A DNA stretch of 64,000 nucleotides from a virus. Shown here in pieces: positions 57,049-64,000 of the stretch. The notes under the pieces are model-generated. The model did no database searches. It was not told the DNA's origin and saw nothing but the letters and a program-made list of their open reading frames with translations. How positions within the stretch are numbered: position 1 is the first letter of the stretch; each line of letters begins with the position of its first letter. The translations under genes were made by a program, and so were the position numbers. The stretch covers positions 32,001 to 96,000 of IMG/VR virus record IMGVR_UViG_3300002098_001673; one strand, given 5' to 3'.

Positions 57049-58338
57049 ATGGATTTATTAATAAATGGAAAATTTGTTAAAGTCATAGAATATGAAACAG
57101 ATATTAATGGATTAAAATTCAGGCCTCAATTTGATATAAATTACAATAATGATGCTGATTGGGAATCATTTACTTTGTCTCACACACAAGAAGTATCCCA
57201 AAGAAATTATAATCTTGTAAAAGAAATAACATCAAATTATATGACTCATGGTATCATGGAAATTGGTATTTCCAGAAATGGTGATGGGTCTTTTACAAAT
57301 GCAATTTTAAATAACAAACCAAATAACATACCTTATTTAGGTGTTGATATAGAAGATAAAACATATTTAAATAATGAATTTAAAAAAATTTTCACAATTA
57401 AAGAAAATTCATTTAATCAAAGAACTGTTAGAAATTATGCAAAAAAAATAGGATTAGAAAAAATATCAATACTTTTTATTGACGGTTGGCATTCTTTAAA
57501 TGCTGCGATAAATGATTGGATGTATTCTGATATGTTATCAGATAATGGTATTGTAATAATTCACGACACAAATGGGCATCCGGGTCCATATGTTCTTATG
57601 GAATCAATAGATGAAACAAAATATAGAATAGAAAAACATTTCCAAAATGAAGATGATTATGGTATTGGAATTGCATATAAATTAAATAATAATTTACGAC
57701 AAATTTTTAGAAATTATGGTTCATACGGTAGAATTGAATTAAATGAAGACCATTGTGGACCAGGGTCAACTTTATGGTATACTCAACCAATTCGTAATCA
57801 ATTACTTCCTTTATTAAAAAAATATAATATTAATAGTATATTAGATGCTCCTTGTGGAGATTTCCAATGGATGAGTAAAATTAATTTCCCTCAAGAATTC
57901 GATTATTTAGGTGGGGATTTACATGAATCTTTAATAGAAAGAAATAGAAAATTATATAAAAAAAATTTTATGGTAATTGATATTACAGAAGATATATTAC
58001 CATCAAAAGATTTACTCTTTGTGAGAGATTGTCTATTTCATTTAACCGATGAATTTAAATTAAAATTTTTTAAAAATTTTTTATCATCTAATTTCAAATA
58101 CATATTAACAAGTAATCATCCTAAACACAATTATAATAAAGATGTTAGTATTTCGATGGATGGTCATTTTCATGAAAACATTAATTGGGAATTACCTCCT
58201 TGGAATTTTCCAAAATCAATAGACACTATTATAGATTATGATGAAAAAAATTCTAATTTTTTATATTACCCATATAGAACAATGGAATTATGGTCATTTG
58301 AACAAATAAAGTCGGTGTTTAAAGATTATTTTATATGA
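57049..58338 (+). CDS. Tandem two-domain SAM methyltransferase
   Basis: Domain 1 MEIGI...LFIDGWHS...IHDT; domain 2 CGPGST...ILDAPCGDFQW...RDCLFHL. Confidence 0.75.
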   Translation: MDLLINGKFVKVIEYETDINGLKFRPQFDINYNNDADWESFTLSHTQEVSQRNYNLVKEITSNYMTHGIMEIGISRNGDGSFTNAILNNKPNNIPYLGVDIEDKTYLNNEFKKIFTIKENSFNQRTVRNYAKKIGLEKISILFIDGWHSLNAAINDWMYSDMLSDNGIVIIHDTNGHPGPYVLMESIDETKYRIEKHFQNEDDYGIGIAYKLNNNLRQIFRNYGSYGRIELNEDHCGPGSTLWYTQPIRNQLLPLLKKYNINSILDAPCGDFQWMSKINFPQEFDYLGGDLHESLIERNRKLYKKNFMVIDITEDILPSKDLLFVRDCLFHLTDEFKLKFFKNFLSSNFKYILTSNHPKHNYNKDVSISMDGHFHENINWELPPWNFPKSIDTIIDYDEKNSNFLYYPYRTMELWSFEQIKSVFKDYFI

Positions 58339-58766
58339 TACTAATATCTCATAGAGGAAATATTAATGGAAAAAATTCTGATAGAGAAAACTCAATAGAA
58401 TATATCGAAGAAGCTCTTGATATGGGTTATAATGTTGAAATTGATGTTTGGGTTATTGATAATAAATTTTATTTGGGTCATGATAATCCACTTTATGAAG
58501 TGGATTTTTTATTTTTAATTAATAATAAATTATGGTGCCATGCAAAAAATTTAGAAGCGTTATTAAAAATGAAAAATTATGATATAAATTGTTTTTGGCA
58601 TGAAAATGACGAATTTACTCTTACTTCAAAAAATTACATATGGAGTTATCCAAGAAAAGAAAGTTGTGAAAATACTATTGTGGTTATGCCAGAAATATTT
58701 AACACTAATATCGATAATTGTTTAGGAATTTGTTCTGATTTTATTGCAAATTATAAAGAACATTAA
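58335..58766 (+). CDS. Minimal GDPD/PLC-like phosphodiesterase
   Basis: ISHRGN, EN, VEIDVW, LGHD, HAKN, GICSD. Confidence 0.75.
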   Translation: MILISHRGNINGKNSDRENSIEYIEEALDMGYNVEIDVWVIDNKFYLGHDNPLYEVDFLFLINNKLWCHAKNLEALLKMKNYDINCFWHENDEFTLTSKNYIWSYPRKESCENTIVVMPEIFNTNIDNCLGICSDFIANYKEH

Positions 58767-58817
58767 AATCGTATACTTTTTAATAATCATGATTAATTTT
58801 ATACAAAATATATTATT

Positions 58818-59537
58818 GTGGTTAATGTAATAATACCAATGGCAGGTGCAGGAAGAAGATTTTATGACGCAGGGTATACAATACCAAAACCATTTATCCC
58901 CGTTTTCAAAAAACCAATGGTACAATCAGTTGTTGAAAATTTAAATATTAATGGAAATTATATTTTTATAATTCAAAAACAACATTCAATTGGTAATAAT
59001 TTAGAAATTTTTTTAAACAGTATTAGTCCAGGATGTGTGATAATTTCAATAGATGAATTAACCGATGGACCCGCATGTACCGCCTTATTAGCTGAAAAAT
59101 ATATTGACGATAATCCATTGATTATTGTTAATTGTGACCAAATAATACACGACTTTGATGTGAATAAATTACTTGAATTTAGTGAAAAAAATAATGCTGA
59201 TGGTATTTTAGGTGCATTTATTTCTTCTTCAAAGAAAAATTCTTACATGAAATTAGACCCCCATGGTGAAGTAACCGAAGTAAAAGAAAAAATTGTTATA
59301 AGTAATATTGCAACTAATGGATTACATTTTTGGAAAAATGGTAAAGATTTTATATCTTCTGCTAAAGAAATGATTTTATCAGGTGAAAAATATAATAATG
59401 AATTTTATATTGCACCATCTTATAATCATTTAATAAAATTAAATAAAAAAATATTACCATACTTCTATAATTTACATTTTCCAATAGGAACTCCTGAAGA
59501 TTTAAAAATTTATCAAAACTTATATGGATATAATTAA
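58818..59537 (+). CDS. Sugar-phosphate nucleotidyltransferase (NTP_transferase family)
   Basis: IPMAGAGRRF...PKPFI, TDGPACT, VNCDQ, EVKEK, NEFYIAP, IGTPEDL; GTG start. Confidence 0.85.
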   Translation: MVNVIIPMAGAGRRFYDAGYTIPKPFIPVFKKPMVQSVVENLNINGNYIFIIQKQHSIGNNLEIFLNSISPGCVIISIDELTDGPACTALLAEKYIDDNPLIIVNCDQIIHDFDVNKLLEFSEKNNADGILGAFISSSKKNSYMKLDPHGEVTEVKEKIVISNIATNGLHFWKNGKDFISSAKEMILSGEKYNNEFYIAPSYNHLIKLNKKILPYFYNLHFPIGTPEDLKIYQNLYGYN

Positions 59538-59844
59538 AATGAAAACTATGTTGGGTGGGTGGTTTATAGGAAACTTTGAACCATCAGCATACAAAACAGA
59601 CCAGTTTGAAGTTTGTTATAAACATCATTATAAAGGTGAAAAATGGGATTCTCATTATCATAAAGAAAGTACTGAAATAAATTATTTGGTTAATGGAAAA
59701 ATGATTATTCAAAACAAAGAATTAAACACTGGAGATATATTCATATTAAAACCTTATGAAATTGCTGACCCGGTCTTTATTGAAGATTGTACAGTTTTAA
59801 TTGTTAAAACTCCATCAGTACCTAAAGATAAATATATTATATAA
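59524..59844 (+). CDS. Cupin (RmlC-like) protein
   Basis: GWFIGNFEP; HYHKESTEINY...G; overlaps the nucleotidyltransferase gene. Confidence 0.75.
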   Translation: MDIIKMKTMLGGWFIGNFEPSAYKTDQFEVCYKHHYKGEKWDSHYHKESTEINYLVNGKMIIQNKELNTGDIFILKPYEIADPVFIEDCTVLIVKTPSVPKDKYII

Positions 59845-59845
59845 T

Positions 59846-61030
59846 ATGGTAGATATTTTTAGAGAAAATGTAGATACAGAAAAATATTTTATAGTTACAT
59901 ATTATTTGGAATCCCAAAGTAATTTAAGAGACGCATCTTGGAATTTAGCTATAGGTCAAAGTGTTGGTAATCCAAACGTAAGAAATCAATGGGAAACCGA
60001 TGAATTATTTGAAAATCACTCCTGCATTATATTAGATTATGAATTAAGATTAGAAACACTCTCTAAAGGAATTGTAAAAATCGCCTTCCCTATTATTAAT
60101 ATAGATTTTAAAACTGATGGTATTTCACATCTGTTAGTTAATATAATGGGGGGACAGATGGATATTGATAATATTAATAAATGCTCTGTAATAGATATCG
60201 AATTTCCAAAATCAGTAAAAGATTGTTTTTTAGGTCCCAAATTCGGAATTAATGGTATAAGAGAATATACAAAAGTTTTTAATAAACCATTGTTAGGTGC
60301 AATTATAAAACCAAAAACAGGTATCTCACCAAAGGTCCTTTTAGAAATGGTTAAAGAACTAGTTGATGGTGGGGTTAATTTTATTAAAGAAGATGAAATA
60401 ATGAGTAATCCTTCTTTTTGTAAAATAGAAGAAAGAGTTCCATTAATAATGGATTATCTAAAAGATAAAAATGTAATTTACTGTGTTTCAATTCATTCTG
60501 ATTATCCATACATAATTGATAGAGTTAAACAAGTATATGAGTTAGGTGGTAATGGAGTCCACGTTAATTTTTGGTGTGGTGTTGGAGTATATAAAGCAAT
60601 TAGAGAATTAGACCTTCCAATATTTGTTCATTTTCAAAAATCAGGAGATAAAATCATAACCAATAAGAATCATGATTTTCATATTGATTGGAGAGTTATC
60701 TGCAAATTGGCAGGAATGATGGGGGTCGATTTTATTCATGCAGGTATGATTGGTGGGTATTATAAATGGGATGAAATTGAAACAATTGATGCCGTAAAAA
60801 TTTTAAACGAACATAATGTAATGCCAGCTTTAAGTTGTGGATTTCATCCTGGATTAACTAAATGGGTTACAGATAAAATTGGTACTGACTATATGGCAAA
60901 TGTTGGTGGAGCGATTCACGGACATCCTAATGGTACTACAGATGGAGCAAAAGCCATGAGACAAAGTATTGATGGTATTTACAAAAAAGAATATGAAAGA
61001 GCAATACATAAATGGGGTAAAATATATTAA
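59846..61030 (+). CDS. RuBisCO-like protein (form IV-type, predicted non-carboxylating)
   Basis: GPKFGINGIR, GAIIKPKTG, GGVNFIKEDE, GVDFIHAG, PALSCG, NVGGAIHGHPNG..GAKAMRQ; likely start ATG 59846. Confidence 0.9.
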   Translation: MVDIFRENVDTEKYFIVTYYLESQSNLRDASWNLAIGQSVGNPNVRNQWETDELFENHSCIILDYELRLETLSKGIVKIAFPIINIDFKTDGISHLLVNIMGGQMDIDNINKCSVIDIEFPKSVKDCFLGPKFGINGIREYTKVFNKPLLGAIIKPKTGISPKVLLEMVKELVDGGVNFIKEDEIMSNPSFCKIEERVPLIMDYLKDKNVIYCVSIHSDYPYIIDRVKQVYELGGNGVHVNFWCGVGVYKAIRELDLPIFVHFQKSGDKIITNKNHDFHIDWRVICKLAGMMGVDFIHAGMIGGYYKWDEIETIDAVKILNEHNVMPALSCGFHPGLTKWVTDKIGTDYMANVGGAIHGHPNGTTDGAKAMRQSIDGIYKKEYERAIHKWGKIY

Positions 61031-61050
61031 TTTAAACTAAAAAACAAATA

Positions 61051-61785
61051 ATGGGTAGACAAATGAAAAAGAACACAGTACAAATACCGGCAATTGAAAG
61101 TTCAGTAAAAAAAACTAAAAAACAATTAATCAACAACATTATTAAGAAAAAAACAAAAGATAAGTTTTTAAGTGAAAGTCAAAAAGAGTATTATGATAAG
61201 TTATCTAAAAATCAAATCACTCTTTGTTCTGGTCCCGCAGGCGTTGGTAAAAGTTATATAGCTATGAAATGCGCTGTAGACCTTTTAATTGACCCAGAAA
61301 CTTCATATGAAAAAATAATCATTGTTCGTCCCGCAGTTGAAGCCGAAGAAAAATTAGGTTCATTACCAGGTAATGTAGAAGAAAAACTAGACCCGTATAT
61401 TTTTCCTTCGTATTATCTTTTAAATAAAATAATTGGTAAAGAAATTAGAGAAAAATTAAAAGAAATTGAAGCGATTGAAGTTTTTGCTTTAGCATATATG
61501 AGAGGTATGAATATTGATAATTCAATATTAATATTTGAAGAAGCACAAAATTCGACTCCAAGTCAAATGAAATTACTTCTAACAAGAATAGGATTTAATT
61601 CTAAATTTTTTATTTCTGGAGATTTGGAACAATTTGATAGACATAAAGATAAAACACAAACGGGTTTGTGGGATGCATTACATAAATTTCAAAATATGAA
61701 TGATGTTGCGACATTTGAATTTAAATCTGAAGATATTGTAAGGAATCCATTAATAACACAAATTTTAAAAAGATACGAAGAATGA
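61051..61785 (+). CDS. phoH: PhoH-family ATPase
   Basis: GPAGVGKS, RPAVE..EKLGSLPG, AYMRG, EEAQN, LLTRIG, GDLEQ, DIVRNPL. Confidence 0.93.
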   Translation: MGRQMKKNTVQIPAIESSVKKTKKQLINNIIKKKTKDKFLSESQKEYYDKLSKNQITLCSGPAGVGKSYIAMKCAVDLLIDPETSYEKIIIVRPAVEAEEKLGSLPGNVEEKLDPYIFPSYYLLNKIIGKEIREKLKEIEAIEVFALAYMRGMNIDNSILIFEEAQNSTPSQMKLLLTRIGFNSKFFISGDLEQFDRHKDKTQTGLWDALHKFQNMNDVATFEFKSEDIVRNPLITQILKRYEE

Positions 61786-62375
61786 GAATTGGAATTGAGT
61801 TAAATGGTGTATTAAGAGACACTTTAAAAAAAATACAACAGGAATACGAAAAATGGTACATAGAAAATCCATTTAAAGAAGAAACTGAATTTGAGTATAA
61901 AGTTATTTCTGATTTAACATCATTAAATATAATGAATCATTTATCATTTAAAAATGATGACGAACTTTATGATTTTTTATATAAAGAACATACTATGGAA
62001 ATTTTTGGACATTCTGGTTCTGTTGAAATTTCAAGTATGATGGATTTAAATGAATTTTATTTGGATATGAGAGATTTCCATGATATTTTAATTGTTTCTG
62101 ATGAAATTGGAAAATCAAAACCAGCTTCTTTATTTTTCATATCTAAATTTGGATGTTTAATAGAAACTATAAAATTTTATAGTGAATCAACAATTAATTC
62201 TATGTGGAATTCAATAGATATTTTACTTACAGCAAATCCTCAACTATTATTAAACCATCCAAAAGATAAAGAAGTGATTAAATTTAATACTTCGTATAAT
62301 AAAGATATTAATGTTACAAATTCAATATCAAATCTAAAGGAATTAACGAATAAAATTAAAGAAATATATGATTGA
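61782..62375 (+). CDS. 5'(3')-nucleotidase-like HAD-fold protein with degenerate motif I
   Basis: RIGIELNGVLRD in place of IxxDxDGVLxD; C-terminal FNTSYN. Confidence 0.55.
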   Translation: MRIGIELNGVLRDTLKKIQQEYEKWYIENPFKEETEFEYKVISDLTSLNIMNHLSFKNDDELYDFLYKEHTMEIFGHSGSVEISSMMDLNEFYLDMRDFHDILIVSDEIGKSKPASLFFISKFGCLIETIKFYSESTINSMWNSIDILLTANPQLLLNHPKDKEVIKFNTSYNKDINVTNSISNLKELTNKIKEIYD

Positions 62376-62646
62376 AGTTTTAGGTGAAAATTATTTTATC
62401 GATTTAGACCAAATCGAAAAATATATTGATATAGGTAACATACCTGATTTTGAAATGTCAGGAGGAACAGAAATGAGAATCAATATTATAAAATATGAAA
62501 TGGTAAAAATATTATTAGAAATTATTTTAAGTGAAGATATTGAAATGGATGAAAAATTAGGAACTAAAGGGAATAGTAATATTAGTATTCCATTTAAATT
62601 AGCATTTAATAGTTTACTAAATAAAAAATTAATTAATTATTATTAA
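62368..62646 (+). CDS. Hypothetical protein (92 aa)
   Basis: Overlapping operon ORF. Confidence 0.6.
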   Translation: MIEVLGENYFIDLDQIEKYIDIGNIPDFEMSGGTEMRINIIKYEMVKILLEIILSEDIEMDEKLGTKGNSNISIPFKLAFNSLLNKKLINYY

Positions 62647-62647
62647 T

Positions 62648-63703
62648 ATGGAAAATGAATTAAAAGAAAAAGTTAAAAACTCTATTAAAATATTAAAAGA
62701 GAAAAAAGCCAGAATTTATTTCCTTGTTCAAGACACAAAAGGAAATGCAAAGGCTTCGGTAAGATTAATTTACCAAATGGCAAAAACATTAAAAGATAAT
62801 GGATTTAATTCTATAATTCTTCATGAAAAAAATGATTACACTTCTGTATCATCTTGGTTAGGTGAAGAATATATGACAGAATTACCACACAAAGTAATTG
62901 AAGGTCAAAATCTAGAAATTTCTCCAGAAGATTTTATTATTGTTCCAGAAATTTTTGGATATATTATGGAACAAATAAAAAAATTACCTTGTGCTAAAAT
63001 TGTATTAACACAATCTTACGCATATATGTTAGAAACATTACAACCAGGTCAATCTTGGAATCAATTTGGATTTTTAAAGTGTATAACAACAAGTGAGACA
63101 CAAAAAGGTTATATTGAGAAAGTAATGAGACAATCTAGTTTTGATATTATTGAACCATTAATTAGTGAAGATTTTTCTCCCAAAAATTTTCCAGCAATGC
63201 CAATTATTGGCGTTCATTCTAAAGAACAAAGTGATACTATTAATTTAATAAAAACATTTTATTTGAAATTCCCACAATATAGGTGGTTTACATTTAGAGA
63301 TTTAAGAGGGTTATCTCAAAAAGAATTTGCCAATTCTCTAAAAGAATGTTTTTTAAGTGTATGGATTGATAATGAAAGTGGATTTGGAACTTTCCCATTA
63401 GAATCCATGGCATCTGATGTTCCTGTTATTGGTAAAATACCTAATTTAAAACCAGAATGGATGACAGAAGATAATGGAGTTTGGATTTCAGATAGTACAT
63501 TAATTACGGATTTTATTGCTGATTTTATACAAAATTGGTTAGAAGACGCTATAAATCCAGAACTATATGAACACATGAGAAATACTGTTAAAAAGTATAC
63601 CAATAAACAAGAATTTGAGTCTAAAATTATTTCCACGTTTGAGGGATATATAAGTAATAGAGCAGATTCTTTTGAACAACAACTTTCTAAAACCGAAGAA
63701 TAA
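62648..63703 (+). CDS. GT-B (GT4-like) glycosyltransferase
   Basis: DFIIVPE; SGFGTFPLESMASDVPVIG. Confidence 0.75.
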   Translation: MENELKEKVKNSIKILKEKKARIYFLVQDTKGNAKASVRLIYQMAKTLKDNGFNSIILHEKNDYTSVSSWLGEEYMTELPHKVIEGQNLEISPEDFIIVPEIFGYIMEQIKKLPCAKIVLTQSYAYMLETLQPGQSWNQFGFLKCITTSETQKGYIEKVMRQSSFDIIEPLISEDFSPKNFPAMPIIGVHSKEQSDTINLIKTFYLKFPQYRWFTFRDLRGLSQKEFANSLKECFLSVWIDNESGFGTFPLESMASDVPVIGKIPNLKPEWMTEDNGVWISDSTLITDFIADFIQNWLEDAINPELYEHMRNTVKKYTNKQEFESKIISTFEGYISNRADSFEQQLSKTEE

Positions 63704-63704
63704 T

Positions 63705-64000
63705 ATGAGTAATAAATTATCAGTTTCCGTCATATTGCCAATTAAATCATCAAAATCAAGAGATTTTTCAGAATATTTTGATAAGGCAATTAAATCCATT
63801 CAACTACAGCAAGTTGAAGTTGAAGAAGTATTAATCATTCATACTACTGAAGAATCATTAATTAGTCATTTAGATAATTACGATTTTGGAGAATTGAATG
63901 TAAGAAAATTACTATGGGACAAAACTCCAAATTACGCCGACCAAGTTAATTTTGGTATAAAAAATTCAAATTCTACATGGGTTTCTTTATTTGAATTTGA
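63705..64000 (+). CDS. GT2-family glycosyltransferase (truncated by window end)
   Basis: MSNKLSVSVILPI...AIKSIQLQ...EVLII...QVNFGIKNSNSTWVSLFEF. Confidence 0.75.
   Translation, partial: MSNKLSVSVILPIKSSKSRDFSEYFDKAIKSIQLQQVEVEEVLIIHTTEESLISHLDNYDFGELNVRKLLWDKTPNYADQVNFGIKNSNSTWVSLFEF

Noticed and set aside
17449-59845. Upstream-extended starts in the ORF track (17449, 23670, 31851, 44171, 49562, 59801)
   Set aside because: Extensions overlap neighbouring genes or promoter motifs; downstream ATGs (17482, 23697, 31776, 44216, 49571, 59846) fit operon packing better.
59846-61030. Bona fide CO2-fixing RuBisCO (rbcL) as an auxiliary metabolic gene
   Set aside because: E60, N123, H294 and K334 equivalents appear substituted, and there is no phosphoribulokinase or small subunit gene in the window.
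3330-63799. Many 60-140 aa ORFs antisense to or nested in long genes (e.g. 3330, 4357, 9964, 10317, 11283, 11784, 14598, 21991, 22304, 29651, 42048, 50425, 63316)
   Set aside because: No motifs and shadow-like composition. Only 21792-22595 was kept, because it has coherent nuclease motifs.
1-64000. Stop-codon reassignment as in some large Bacteroidota phages
   Set aside because: Genes are full-length under the standard code, and TAA, TAG and TGA all appear as terminal codons.

Overview
AT-rich, gene-dense segment of a large (jumbo-type) contractile-tailed dsDNA phage, read with the standard code. Missing Shine-Dalgarno sites and one TAnnTTTG promoter suggest a Bacteroidota host (inference). 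Layout: (1) 1-19.6 kb, T4-like tail and neck module: large baseplate proteins (one with an OmpA-like insert), tape measure, gp26/gp51-like chaperones, tube, sheath, gp15- and gp14-like genes. (2) 19.7-29.2 kb: SNF2 helicase with two inteins, gp13-like neck gene, family B DNA polymerase, RHH+HNH cassette. (3) 29.2-37.5 kb: glycosyltransferase cluster 1 (GT60-, GT47-, GT43-, GT10-, GT7/GT2-like, HtrL-like). (4) 37.5-46.8 kb: fibre-like and Pro/Thr-rich mucin-like virion proteins and a lone WYL protein. (5) 46.9-64 kb: glycan cluster 2 (GT2/GT4, methyltransferases, degenerate UDP-glucose dehydrogenase), a phosphodiesterase/nucleotidyltransferase/cupin/RuBisCO-like cassette, dUTPase and PhoH. Top leads: a non-carboxylating RuBisCO-like protein inside a sugar-activation cassette; a Vsr/DUF559-type endonuclease encoded in the +1 frame inside an intein whose own frame stays open; a candidate mucin/proteoglycan-like virion glycosylation system; a candidate +1 frameshift in the tail chaperone. 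All family calls come from motifs recognised by eye; no database search was run.
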